From: an uncultured Prochlorococcus sp.
Lineage (GTDB): Bacteria; Cyanobacteriota; Cyanobacteriia; PCC-6307; Cyanobiaceae
DNA length: 64,000 nucleotides
Reading direction: 5' to 3'
Assembly (NCBI RefSeq): GCF_902626525.1
Contig: NZ_CACOFR010000004.1
Location: forward strand, 2,525 to 66,524
A model generated the notes under the pieces. The model saw only the letters and a program-made list of their open reading frames with translations, was not told the DNA's origin and ran no database searches. Positions 8,868 through 18,024 of this stretch are shown piece after piece. The stretch's first letter is position 1, and each line of letters opens with the position of its first letter. Position numbers and translations under genes: made by a program.

Positions 8868-10660
8868 TAAAAATTACCAAATCCTTTTTGTTGAAGCTCA
8901 GAGAGTTGAAAATATAAACCCTTTTTCTCTCTCAATTCACTATGTGTTCCCTCTTCAATTAGTGCCCCCCCTTTTAAGACTAAAATCTTATCAGAATTTT
9001 CAATGGTTGCTAACCTGTGAGCTATTACTAATGCTGTTCTTTTTTTTAGAATTCTCTCAAGATCTTTTTGTAAAGTAGCTTCTGTAGAGGGATCCATAAA
9101 CGCTGTGGCTTCGTCCATTATTAAAATAATGGGATTTCTAATCGCTACTCGAGCTACTGAAAGAAGTTGTCTCTCCCCTGAAGAAAGATTACCTCCTCTC
9201 TCTCTAAGAGAAGTGTTCAAACCATCAGGTAATTTTTTTAATAAATTATTTAATCCTAATTCTTTACAAAGATTTTCCAATTTAAGATTGTCTATATCCA
9301 CATTAAGTTTCAAATTGTCCGCAACATTTCCACTAAAGATAAATGTATCTTGTAAAACTACTCCCAACATATTTCTAAGAGTTGCAATAGGAATATCTTT
9401 AATATTTATATCATCGATCAGAATTTGACCTGATTGAGGTTCATACAATCTACATAACAATCTTATTATGGTTGTTTTACCTGAACCCGTTGGACCAACA
9501 AAAGCTACATGTTCTCCAGGATTAATCAAGAAAGATAAATCCTTTAAAATATGTTCTCCTTCTTTATAAAAGAAATTAACATTCTTGAATTCAATTTTAC
9601 CCTTAAATTTATGGTCTGTATTTTGTACATCTGCTGAAAAATACTTTAAAGAGAAAGAGTCTTTAATCTGAATTTCTTCATCTAATAGTTCATTTATTCT
9701 CTCAACAGCTGTAAGACCTCCTTGAATTTGAGTGAATCTTTCAGCAAGCTGTCTTAAAGGTTCAAAAAGTCTTTGGGAATATAAAATAAAGGTTGTTAAG
9801 GTTCCTAAACCAATATTTCCTGAAGTAACAAGATAGCCACCAACAGCTAAAACAAAGGAAACTGCGGCAAGTGAAATCCACTCAATAAATGCTGAAATAC
9901 TACTGTCATAAAATATTGTTCCATTTACCGCTTTCTTGTAGGCGACTCCAGTATTTGAAAATTTCTTACTATTAATTGACTCTCTTCTAAACATCTGAAC
10001 TACTTCTAGACCTTGAAGATTCTCTTGAAAATCAGAGTTTAGTTGTGATAACTCCTCTCTTACTTGATAATTTGCTCTCCTATAACGTTTTTGAAGCCAA
10101 ATAATGAAATATGAAACTGGGATTTGAGTCAAGAGCAATAAGATAGCAAGTCCCTGATCAATTGAAAGCATTGTCAATGAAATCACTATCAGGCTTACAA
10201 AATCAGCAATAACTCCAACTGCTCCACTACCAAAAACCTCGGCTAAAGCATCAACATCATTGGTTAATCTGGTTAATAATTTACCAACAGGCATTTTATC
10301 GTGATACTTAAGAGATAAAGATATTGAATGATCAAAAAGTTCTCTTCGTATCCTCGCAGTTAATCTCTGGCCGACCGCTTGGATGTTATAGGTCTGGTAT
10401 CCCTGCAAAATCAACCTAAAAATAACTGTTAAAAATAAGGTTAAGATTATGGCATTTATTGATTGCCCAAAAAAAGTTTTACTTAGCCAGACATCTGTAC
10501 TTTCGTTTTTAAGAATAGTAATTGCTTGACCTACCAATAGTGGTTGAATAGCTCCAGAAAAGGACACAGGTAACAAAACCAATAAGATCAAATAGATTGT
10601 TTTTTTATCCTTAGTTAAATATTTACCTAACTTTTTAATCCTTCTAAAATCATTGGACAT
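8867..10660 (-). CDS. ABC exporter, fused permease/ATPase (MsbA/MdlB-like)
   Basis: Six-TM N-terminal domain, Walker A GPTGSGKTT, signature LSSGERQ, and Walker B ILIMDEAT. Confidence 0.85.
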   Translation of the reverse strand: MSNDFRRIKKLGKYLTKDKKTIYLILLVLLPVSFSGAIQPLLVGQAITILKNESTDVWLSKTFFGQSINAIILTLFLTVIFRLILQGYQTYNIQAVGQRLTARIRRELFDHSISLSLKYHDKMPVGKLLTRLTNDVDALAEVFGSGAVGVIADFVSLIVISLTMLSIDQGLAILLLLTQIPVSYFIIWLQKRYRRANYQVREELSQLNSDFQENLQGLEVVQMFRRESINSKKFSNTGVAYKKAVNGTIFYDSSISAFIEWISLAAVSFVLAVGGYLVTSGNIGLGTLTTFILYSQRLFEPLRQLAERFTQIQGGLTAVERINELLDEEIQIKDSFSLKYFSADVQNTDHKFKGKIEFKNVNFFYKEGEHILKDLSFLINPGEHVAFVGPTGSGKTTIIRLLCRLYEPQSGQILIDDINIKDIPIATLRNMLGVVLQDTFIFSGNVADNLKLNVDIDNLKLENLCKELGLNNLLKKLPDGLNTSLRERGGNLSSGERQLLSVARVAIRNPIILIMDEATAFMDPSTEATLQKDLERILKKRTALVIAHRLATIENSDKILVLKGGALIEEGTHSELREKKGLYFQLSELQQKGFGNF

Positions 10661-11311
10661 TTAGCTAATCTTCTCTAAAGCATTATTTGATTCTATTGAT
10701 AAAATTGTATCTCTGAGATGATAATCATCTAATCTCATAGATAAAGGATTCCCAATTAGTCTCGCTGTTGAGTAAAAAAGATCATCAATTTTTATTAAAC
10801 CATTCTCTTTGAGAGTCTTTCCGGTTGCTACCAAATCAACTATTGCTTCTGCCATACCTGTAATAGGACCAAGCTCGACAGATCCTGTTAAATGTATTAT
10901 TTCTACAGGTAAATTTAACTCATCAAAATAAGATCTTGCTGTTTTTGTGAATTTACTTGCTACTTTACAATTTGCTGGTAAATCAGTTGGTTTACAATAT
11001 TTGCTATTTTTTTTAACCGCCAATGACATATGACAACCTCCAAATCCTAAATCGAGCAAGTTTGCAACTTTTAATTCAGATTCTCGTAAGACGTCATATC
11101 CCACAATACCTAAATCAGCCTGACCATAACTTACATAAACAGGTACATCTCCATTTCTCACCAATAAAGCTTTTGCCCGTTTGCAATTTGATTCAAAGGT
11201 TAATGATCTATTGTTTTCCTTCAACGCATCCGAGAAATCTAACCCAGCTCTTTTGAAAATTGAAATTGAATCTTCTAATAAAGCTCCTTTTGGTAAAGCT
11301 ATAGTAATCAT
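10661..11311 (-). CDS. hisG: ATP phosphoribosyltransferase (short form)
   Basis: MITIALPKG...LLEDS N-terminus and [10 protein letters not shown]; 216 aa. Confidence 0.9.
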   Translation of the reverse strand: MITIALPKGALLEDSISIFKRAGLDFSDALKENNRSLTFESNCKRAKALLVRNGDVPVYVSYGQADLGIVGYDVLRESELKVANLLDLGFGGCHMSLAVKKNSKYCKPTDLPANCKVASKFTKTARSYFDELNLPVEIIHLTGSVELGPITGMAEAIVDLVATGKTLKENGLIKIDDLFYSTARLIGNPLSMRLDDYHLRDTILSIESNNALEKIS

Positions 11312-11351
11312 AGATCAATTTCTTCCAAGAATCCTTCATTCTAAGTTAACA

Positions 11352-12092
11352 ATGGAATTTAATAAAGCTCAAAATATAATAGGAATTAAAGTTTTAAGTG
11401 ATAATGTAATTTGGTTATGGGAAAAAGATAAATCTGTTGTAGTTATAGATCCATCTGTACACGAACCAGTACTTAAGTATATAGATGAAAATAATCTCTA
11501 CTTAAAAGCTATTTTACAAACTCATCATCATTCAGACCATATTGGTGGGACAAAATATCTAATAGAAAAATGGCCAAATGTTAAAGTGATTGCTTCCTCT
11601 AAAGATAAAAAACGAATACCTTTTCAAAATATTTCAGTAGAGGATGGTGAAATTTTGAATATTTTAGGTGAAGAAGTAAAAATAATTGAAGTATTAGGAC
11701 ATACAAGCACACATATAGCCTTCTTTTTGAATGGTAAAAATCCTATTCTTTTTATTGGAGACACGTTATTTTCAGGGGGTTGTGGAAGAATTTTCGAAGG
11801 GACTTATCAGCAAATGTACTCCTCTCTTGAAAGAATAAAATCACTCCCTAAAAATACACTAATATATTGTGCTCATGAATATACCAAAGCGAATCTATTG
11901 TGGGCATTGAATCTCAAACCTGAAGATCAAAATATCAAAAATAAACTTTTGCACGTTGAAAAAAAACTTTCTTTTAATGAATTGACAATTCCATTTTTGC
12001 TAGATGAAGAAATGAAAATAAACCTTTTTTTAAGAGCAAAAAATTTAGAAGAATTTGCTTTTTTAAGAGCCAATAAAGATTTATGGGTTTAA
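11352..12092 (+). CDS. gloB: Hydroxyacylglutathione hydrolase (glyoxalase II)
   Basis: Metallo-beta-lactamase [10 protein letters not shown] motif. I start it at the ATG at 11352 because the 11181 extension lies antisense to hisG. Confidence 0.85.
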   Translation: MEFNKAQNIIGIKVLSDNVIWLWEKDKSVVVIDPSVHEPVLKYIDENNLYLKAILQTHHHSDHIGGTKYLIEKWPNVKVIASSKDKKRIPFQNISVEDGEILNILGEEVKIIEVLGHTSTHIAFFLNGKNPILFIGDTLFSGGCGRIFEGTYQQMYSSLERIKSLPKNTLIYCAHEYTKANLLWALNLKPEDQNIKNKLLHVEKKLSFNELTIPFLLDEEMKINLFLRAKNLEEFAFLRANKDLWV

Positions 12093-12118
12093 ATGGATAT
12101 AGGTATCATCTTAAAAAA

Positions 12119-12511
12119 ATGTCCCCAAAGCAAGTAATTAAAACATTAAATGCTCCAGATCCAGTAGGCCCTTATAATCAAGCAATAAAAGCTGGGAGTT
12201 TTATTTATTGTTCCGGCCAAATTGCTATAGACCCAGCTCTAAATGAAATTACATGTTTGGGTAATATAGAGAAAGAAACCATTCAAGTTTTAAAAAATCT
12301 CTCAGCTGTTCTCAAAGCTGGTGGAGCAAAGATTGAGGATGTAGTAAAAACAACTATTTACTTAACCGACCTAACTAATTTTCAAATTGTCAATAAAATA
12401 TATAGTGAGTTTTTCAATGTAGAGAATCACCCTGCAAGAGCCTGCGTTGAAGTTTCATCTTTACCAAAAGGAGTTTTAGTCGAAATAGATTGCGTTGCAT
12501 ATATAGATTAA
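12119..12511 (+). CDS. ridA: RidA/YjgF-family reactive-intermediate deaminase
   Basis: APDPVGPYNQAIKAG...YCSGQI and ARACVEV motifs. I start it at the ATG at 12119. Confidence 0.85.
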   Translation: MSPKQVIKTLNAPDPVGPYNQAIKAGSFIYCSGQIAIDPALNEITCLGNIEKETIQVLKNLSAVLKAGGAKIEDVVKTTIYLTDLTNFQIVNKIYSEFFNVENHPARACVEVSSLPKGVLVEIDCVAYID

Positions 12512-12575
12512 TTTCTAATTATTGAGAAATTTGAAATATGATCCAATTCTGCACCATATTTGTATAGATTATTAA

Positions 12576-12824
12576 TTGGTAATTCCTATTTGGTCTATGT
12601 CAGCAGCAAAGCTAAATATAGATGAATTAGAAGCAGGCTATCCGTTATTTTGTAAAGCTCTCAGACTATTAATTTTAAAAGGCAACTCAGTTAAAGATAT
12701 TGAAAAAACAGTGTGCTGGGGGCATCTCGAAACTCTAAATAGATGCCTGCCAGGAAGATATAAAGCTCCCACATATTTAATGGCTTTAATTAAAAGAGAT
12801 ATTGCTAAGCCCAATAATTATTGA
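12576..12824 (+). CDS. Hypothetical protein (82 aa; possible start at ATG 12597)
   Basis: ORF only, with no recognisable motif. It is convergent with the end of the cso operon. Confidence 0.35.
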   Translation: MVIPIWSMSAAKLNIDELEAGYPLFCKALRLLILKGNSVKDIEKTVCWGHLETLNRCLPGRYKAPTYLMALIKRDIAKPNNY

Positions 12825-12829
12825 AAGGT

Positions 12830-13069
12830 TTAATCTTCTAAATAAAACTTATCAATATCCTTTGAAAAGTCTTTTTCCTCACTAGATATTTCTTCACCAT
12901 CTAAAAATATTGAAAGACTAACAAAATTCTTACCAAAACTGATATTTGGATAGGTATTCTTTTCTTTACATAATTTTTCAATTTTCCCAATAAATTTGCT
13001 TATTTTTGCGTATTCCTCAAATTCAAATCTTTTTTCGATTCTTAAAGGTGATTCTCTTACATTCCACAT
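12830..13069 (-). CDS. Pterin-4a-carbinolamine-dehydratase-like protein (alpha-carboxysome RuBisCO assembly factor, acRAF-like)
   Basis: 79-aa ORF immediately after csoS4B, which is where PCD-like acRAF sits in alpha-carboxysome operons. The call rests mainly on position, size and weak PCD-like features. Confidence 0.55.
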   Translation of the reverse strand: MWNVRESPLRIEKRFEFEEYAKISKFIGKIEKLCKEKNTYPNISFGKNFVSLSIFLDGEEISSEEKDFSKDIDKFYLED

Positions 13070-13143
13070 TAAATTCTTTATTCAAGTCTAATAACACTAT
13101 ACCTTCAACAAAGTTTCTCAAAAAACTTTTGAAGTTAAAACTT

Positions 13144-13392
13144 TTAGTCTCTCTCCCAATAATCAATAATACCTCCAATTGTTAAATCTGTTTGAACTTC
13201 TGGATTAGGGCAAGCAAATCTAGCGGCAGAGCCACTAGAAGTAAAAACCCAGTTACCTTCTCTAGCGCCAACAGGATCAACAGCAACTAATTTCTTTCCT
13301 TTATTATTTTCTAAAATTCGTAAATTCATATGATCTAAGCCAGCAACTCTTTGAGTACATACCATCCTTCCTAATACCTTCATGATTTCCAC
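13144..13392 (-). CDS. csoS4B: Carboxysome vertex pentamer protein CsoS4B (EutN/CcmL family)
   Basis: 82-aa EutN-like protein (VCTQRV...L..V.DPVGA..G.WV) in second position after csoSCA. Confidence 0.85.
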   Translation of the reverse strand: MEIMKVLGRMVCTQRVAGLDHMNLRILENNKGKKLVAVDPVGAREGNWVFTSSGSAARFACPNPEVQTDLTIGGIIDYWERD

Positions 13393-13410
13393 AATTTCTA
13401 TCCTCCTTTT

Positions 13411-13662
13411 TTATGACTTGTCAGGATCCCAATGATCAATTATTCCCACAATTGTTAAATCGCTTGGATAAGATTTGCTTCCCGCTGCTTCTCTAGCAGC
13501 AGAACTTCCAACACAAATAACCCAATCTCCAGGCTTACAGCCAACAGCATCTACAGCAACCTTTTTTGAAGAGCCATCCAAAACAACCTGTAGATGTTTA
13601 TGCTCAAAACCAGGAATCCTATTGGTTGATACAAGTGGTTTTACAACCTTACAAATTAACAT
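13411..13662 (-). CDS. csoS4A: Carboxysome vertex pentamer protein CsoS4A (EutN/CcmL family)
   Basis: 83-aa EutN-like protein, paralogous to the next ORF and abutting the csoSCA stop. Confidence 0.85.
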   Translation of the reverse strand: MLICKVVKPLVSTNRIPGFEHKHLQVVLDGSSKKVAVDAVGCKPGDWVICVGSSAAREAAGSKSYPSDLTIVGIIDHWDPDKS

Positions 13663-13664
13663 AA

Positions 13665-15194
13665 CTAGTGAGCCTCCTCTGTTTTTTTATCTAAAGACAT
13701 TCCAATAATTTGGGCGGAATGAATTTCGTCCCTATCTCTAATAGTAGAGCAAGTATGTAACAAACCTTGATCAACTAAATTTTTATATCTAATTGATATC
13801 GCATTATTAACTCTTTCACAATCTTTTATTGCCCTTTCTTTTGCGCCTGGTACTTTGCCAGAGTAATCAAATCTTATTACTACTGGAATAGGTAGATCTT
13901 TAGAAACATTTAGTCCAGTAAAAATTTTTACTCCTACATCTAAATCAGGTGCCCCTTCTTCGACGGTATCTAAATGAGAAAAATAAGTTAAATTTCTTAG
14001 ATGTACTTCTTTGAAACCTATACCAACTCCAATAAACCTCTCTGCATGCCCGATATCTTCATAAGAACCATTATAAAAATTCTTAACATAATCTATTTGC
14101 GAAATATTATTTACAATTAATTTATAGATAAATTTCTCTATTCCATGGAGTTTATCTTTTGAAGATTGCTTAGCAATTGTCTGACAAATTTCTCTCTCTG
14201 CATCCTCTTCTGAAAAGTTTATTGTTGAATTATAAATATCTAAAGTAGAAATAGTTTTTTCTAAATCTATACCGCCCTCACTGGTTGACAAATGTATTTT
14301 TAATGAATCAGTATCAGTATCAAGTCCAATTAACATTAAATCCACAGAAGCTCCGCAGCAAAAGCTATTCTCAACTGCCTCTTTGAAAGCATATAGTCTA
14401 TTTCTACCTTCTTCTGCAGCTAACTCCTCATTACTTCCATGAGCTGCGCATCCCTGATGCAAAGGATCTACAGAACTAAAATGATAAGTTACAACTTTTA
14501 AGTACCTCGTATCGTTATGAGCTTCATTAGGAATATTTTCTCTATATCTTTTATGTTCAGTTTTCACCCATCTATTTACTGTATTTTCAATATCAAAAAG
14601 TGCACCAGCATGGGATCTTCTTCTTACTGAACTAAAAGGAATTCTCATTACATATGCAACAGAATGAGCTAATCTTCCATCGGAACAAGGAGTTATATCA
14701 AGTAAATGTATTCCACAATCTAAGAGAAATTTTTCAAAGTCTTCCGCACCTTTACTTCCAGCAGCACCTTCAAGTGGATCATTGTTAAAAAAATTATCAC
14801 TAAGTTTGTCATGCTGTTTAAAAGCACACCATGCATATAAAGCTCTCATATCAATAGGTTTAACCCAAGATTTATCTAATACATGAAGAGGTAAATCTAT
14901 TCCCAAATTTTTTCTTGATATAGTTTGAGCTTTATTTATAAAATCTTCATGATGTTGTATTCGAGCAATTTCCTTAAGAGTTGGGACAATTTCGTCAAAA
15001 TCATTTTTTATTTTGCTTTCATACCTAAATAGATTTTCATTTTGAATATTATTGGTTAATTTGTGAGACTTTCCAGAATTTTGGAAATTATTTGATTCTT
15101 TAGTTTGTATATGGATATTTTCCGTAAAAGTTTTCATTGGAGCTGTTGGCCCCAATGTGAAGTTCTTGGCTTTAGCCAGTCCTCTTAAAGGCAT
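13665..15194 (-). CDS. csoSCA: Carboxysome shell carbonic anhydrase (CsoS3/CsoSCA)
   Basis: 509 aa in the position between csoS2 and csoS4A. Has conserved CSDGRL and HGS..C.AH-type segments. Confidence 0.9.
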   Translation of the reverse strand: MPLRGLAKAKNFTLGPTAPMKTFTENIHIQTKESNNFQNSGKSHKLTNNIQNENLFRYESKIKNDFDEIVPTLKEIARIQHHEDFINKAQTISRKNLGIDLPLHVLDKSWVKPIDMRALYAWCAFKQHDKLSDNFFNNDPLEGAAGSKGAEDFEKFLLDCGIHLLDITPCSDGRLAHSVAYVMRIPFSSVRRRSHAGALFDIENTVNRWVKTEHKRYRENIPNEAHNDTRYLKVVTYHFSSVDPLHQGCAAHGSNEELAAEEGRNRLYAFKEAVENSFCCGASVDLMLIGLDTDTDSLKIHLSTSEGGIDLEKTISTLDIYNSTINFSEEDAEREICQTIAKQSSKDKLHGIEKFIYKLIVNNISQIDYVKNFYNGSYEDIGHAERFIGVGIGFKEVHLRNLTYFSHLDTVEEGAPDLDVGVKIFTGLNVSKDLPIPVVIRFDYSGKVPGAKERAIKDCERVNNAISIRYKNLVDQGLLHTCSTIRDRDEIHSAQIIGMSLDKKTEEAH

Positions 15195-15201
15195 TATTTA
15201 C

Positions 15202-17508
15202 TTAACCTCTTGCACCACCTGAAAAGGTAACAAGTTGTCCTTCGCGAGTATTACCACTAGATCCAGTTATCAAGAAATCTGGTTTTTCTGTTTCCTCATT
15301 TCTTTTAACGTCTAAAGAAGGCATTGCGCTCATATTCCCTGCTCTTGATGGATTTCTCTTCCTAGATGAAGCTCCCTCTGTTCCTGTTACCTTATCTCCT
15401 CGATCCCAATCATCACCAGTTACGTTTCCCACTGATTGTCCTTCACCAGTAATCCTAGATGCAATTCTTTTCTCTGGAGTCTTTGCAGCACGTTCAGCCT
15501 CTGCAATTTGCATTTTTTGTTTATAAGTAATATTTTTATTTGGTTCAAATCTAAATTTTTCAGTTCCAGTGATTTTATCTGCAGCCATATCAAAAGGTCC
15601 TGTTACCTTTGAACCATTCTCATATTCATTACCGGTAACACCTTGTGTATTTTTTTCAGAATATTTGTCTCTTGATGGAGATTTAACAGAGAATTCTTTC
15701 CAAGAATTACCTGCTGACTTTTCCTGATTTGCATACTCAATATCATATGGCGGATTATCACAAGCTTTTGAAAACTGATCTCCACCAACATAAGGAGTCC
15801 CGGTTAGATCCTTACAAGCACCTTTCTTAGCACCTGTCATTACTCCTCCAATTCCAGGTTGTTGTCCTGTTAGTCTGGCATTTGAATTATTTCCAGAATT
15901 AACTATTGCTCGGGATTTCATATCTTCAGAAGTTTCAGTATTACAATTCTCATTAATCTGATCTAAGCCTGCGTATGGTGTTCCTGTTAACACTTTGCAT
16001 GAACCGGGTTCATCTCCAGTGACTTTTTTTGATCTTCCTGTCATAGTCCCACTTATTAAATTAGACTTTGAAGAAAGACTTAAGCCTACTTTCCTAGCTT
16101 CTGGTTTTGGTTTTGAACCGCAAAACTTTTCATATTGCTGAGATCCTATATACTCATCACCAGTTACATTCTTGCAACTCCCATGTTCATTGCCTGTCAT
16201 ATGATCTGATCTTCCTACCCCTGTACCAGTTACATTATTACCATTAAGAGTGTTGTAACTGCCTACTTTTTCAAATACTTTGCCTTCTGGATTTGGCTCT
16301 GAGCCAAGATATTGATCTCCAGTTAACTGATGTCCAGAACCTGATTCATCTCCAGTGACTAAGTTTGATCTACCAGGAAGTGATCCAGATACTTTTAATC
16401 CATCAGTTGTAGTACTATGTTTAACCTTTGAAGGATTTTTTGGAACATCACCACAATACTTCTGTGATTGATTAGCAGATACATATTCAGTACCTGTAAG
16501 GTTTTTACATGTCCCAGGCTCATCCCCTGTGACCCTATCAGATCTACCAACTTCATTTCCAGTTACTTTATTACCTGATGTTGTTGCGGTAACAGTAGAT
16601 CTAAGTGGTTGTTTATAACTTGGTCTATCTTGACAAAATTGATCAACAACTTCTGCTCCCATGTATTGGGAACCTGTAACTGTTCTGCATGTACTAGCTT
16701 CATTACCTGTAGTTTTTACAGATCTATTAGCTTGTGTTCCAGTAACTATTTGACCTGCATCAGTCTCACTTTTGCCAACTTTCCAGCTAGCGTCGGCAAT
16801 ATTTTGTTTGGCTCCATTTTTATTTGGACCACATGGTCTACATTTACCATTACCTTTTTTACCTGTGGCACCAGTTTTACTTCTTAGCTCTCTCACTCTC
16901 TGAGAAATTTCTCTGCTACTTAAATCTGGGTCTCCCCTTCTGGCTAAAGAAGCAGCACTGGTATTTTGTTTAGATGCTGATTTGCCATGCTTAGATTGAG
17001 CTTCTCTTCTCGCTAAAACGATATCTCTACTTGTATTAGCAATAGGCTTTCTCTTTTGATTTATTCTTCTTTTAACATTGGATTTTAAAGTCTTAGTTTC
17101 TGTATAAATTGAATTTTGAACTTCTTGAGTTTTACTTTCAGTTGATTTAAGTTGATTTACAGGACTTTCTTTTTTAACATCAGTACGAGTTCTATCGGAA
17201 GAAGTTATAGCTGATTTCCCATGAGTAGACATTGCCTTTCTTCTCTCTATTACTAACTCTTTACTAGATAAAGTTATTGAAGAAGACTTTCTACTTACCT
17301 TAGTTTTTGGAATATGTTTTGTAACTGGTTTAGAAATGTTTTGATTATTAGAAGAAGACTGAGTCCCAGAAATCTTTATATCTTGAGAAGATCGAACTCT
17401 ATCTTTAGTAGTTGAAGAATAAGCAGCAGCTTTTTTACCGCTATCACTCATCGACTTTCTTCTTTCTAGAGCAATCTCTCTACTGGTTTTTTTTGACATA
17501 ATCTTCAA
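15202..17508 (-). CDS. csoS2: Carboxysome assembly/scaffold protein CsoS2
   Basis: 768-aa low-complexity basic protein with N-terminal RRKAMS..GK repeats and many VTG/Cys-containing middle-region repeats. Confidence 0.9.
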   Translation of the reverse strand: MKIMSKKTSREIALERRKSMSDSGKKAAAYSSTTKDRVRSSQDIKISGTQSSSNNQNISKPVTKHIPKTKVSRKSSSITLSSKELVIERRKAMSTHGKSAITSSDRTRTDVKKESPVNQLKSTESKTQEVQNSIYTETKTLKSNVKRRINQKRKPIANTSRDIVLARREAQSKHGKSASKQNTSAASLARRGDPDLSSREISQRVRELRSKTGATGKKGNGKCRPCGPNKNGAKQNIADASWKVGKSETDAGQIVTGTQANRSVKTTGNEASTCRTVTGSQYMGAEVVDQFCQDRPSYKQPLRSTVTATTSGNKVTGNEVGRSDRVTGDEPGTCKNLTGTEYVSANQSQKYCGDVPKNPSKVKHSTTTDGLKVSGSLPGRSNLVTGDESGSGHQLTGDQYLGSEPNPEGKVFEKVGSYNTLNGNNVTGTGVGRSDHMTGNEHGSCKNVTGDEYIGSQQYEKFCGSKPKPEARKVGLSLSSKSNLISGTMTGRSKKVTGDEPGSCKVLTGTPYAGLDQINENCNTETSEDMKSRAIVNSGNNSNARLTGQQPGIGGVMTGAKKGACKDLTGTPYVGGDQFSKACDNPPYDIEYANQEKSAGNSWKEFSVKSPSRDKYSEKNTQGVTGNEYENGSKVTGPFDMAADKITGTEKFRFEPNKNITYKQKMQIAEAERAAKTPEKRIASRITGEGQSVGNVTGDDWDRGDKVTGTEGASSRKRNPSRAGNMSAMPSLDVKRNEETEKPDFLITGSSGNTREGQLVTFSGGARG
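16864..17487 (-). repeat. Four CsoS2 N-terminal peptide repeats (Rubisco-binding type)
   Basis: The four copies are TSREIALERRKSMSDSGKK, SSKELVIERRKAMSTHGKS, TSRDIVLARREAQSKHGKS and SSREISQRVRELRSKTGAT, at aa 8-26, 81-99, 159-177 and 197-215. Confidence 0.7.
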
Positions 17509-17541
17509 ATTTGAAACTCTTTAAAAAAACTCTTTAAAAAA

Positions 17542-17567
17542 CTTTCTCCAAAAAATTTTGGAGAAAG
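17542..17567 (-). terminator. Intercistronic hairpin + T-run between cbbS and csoS2 (candidate partial terminator/attenuator)
   Basis: On the minus strand, CTTTCTCC-(AAAATTTTTT)-GGAGAAAG is followed by TTTTTTAAAGAGTTTTTTT. It lies 22 nt after the cbbS stop and 33 nt before the csoS2 ATG. Confidence 0.5.
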
Positions 17568-17589
17568 ATATTTACTACATGAAGTAGAT

Positions 17590-17931
17590 TTAACGTCCTT
17601 GGAAAACAACAAAAGCTGTACCTTGGCTTTGAGTGTAAGCATCGTATCCGATTATTCTTACATGGTGATCAGGATATGCTCTATGGCAGGCCTCTAATTC
17701 ACTTACAACCAAGTTAAGATCTTTTTCCCCAAAGAATGGGAGCTTCCAATAAGACCAATAAGTTTGCATACTTCCACTAGGATGAACGTGCTCAATAACA
17801 GGACTCCATCCTTGAGCAATTATGTATGCAATTTGATCATATATTTCTTCCTGGGTCATCGGTGGTAAGAAACCGAATGTTTCCAGGGTTGCAACTGTTT
17901 GATAGTCGCCTACTGTGCTCTGGAAAGGCAT
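17590..17931 (-). CDS. cbbS: RuBisCO small subunit (form IA)
   Basis: 113 aa with the ETFGFLPP and YWKLPFFG motifs. Confidence 0.95.
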   Translation of the reverse strand: MPFQSTVGDYQTVATLETFGFLPPMTQEEIYDQIAYIIAQGWSPVIEHVHPSGSMQTYWSYWKLPFFGEKDLNLVVSELEACHRAYPDHHVRIIGYDAYTQSQGTAFVVFQGR

Positions 17932-17985
17932 AATTAATTTAAATGTGAATGAAATTACTCGTAATAGAACGAGATTTGTAGAATT

Positions 17986-18010
17986 TTGAGGAGAAGAAGA
18001 ATCTCCTCAA
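17986..18010 (-). promoter_or_regulatory. 9-bp stem-loop in the cbbL-cbbS spacer (no T-run; likely an mRNA-stability or processing element)
   Basis: TTGAGGAGA / TCTCCTCAA with a 7-nt loop, read directly from the sequence. Confidence 0.35.
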
Positions 18011-18024
18011 TTTTGAAATCTTGT

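Noticed and set aside
11181-11351. A 57-codon N-terminal extension of the gloB ORF (tracked from 11181).
   Set aside because: The extension runs antisense through the 5' end of hisG and has no glyoxalase II similarity. The family N-terminus aligns with the ATG at 11352.
15603-15791. A same-strand alternative-frame ORF inside csoS2, as a hint of the programmed ribosomal frameshift known for CsoS2A/B in Halothiobacillus.
   Set aside because: I could not identify a slippery heptamer with a downstream structure at a position that would yield a truncated CsoS2A. The alternative-frame peptide is nonsense-like. As I recall the literature, alpha-cyanobacterial csoS2 is not reported to frameshift. 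It needs a dedicated PRF scan to be definitive.
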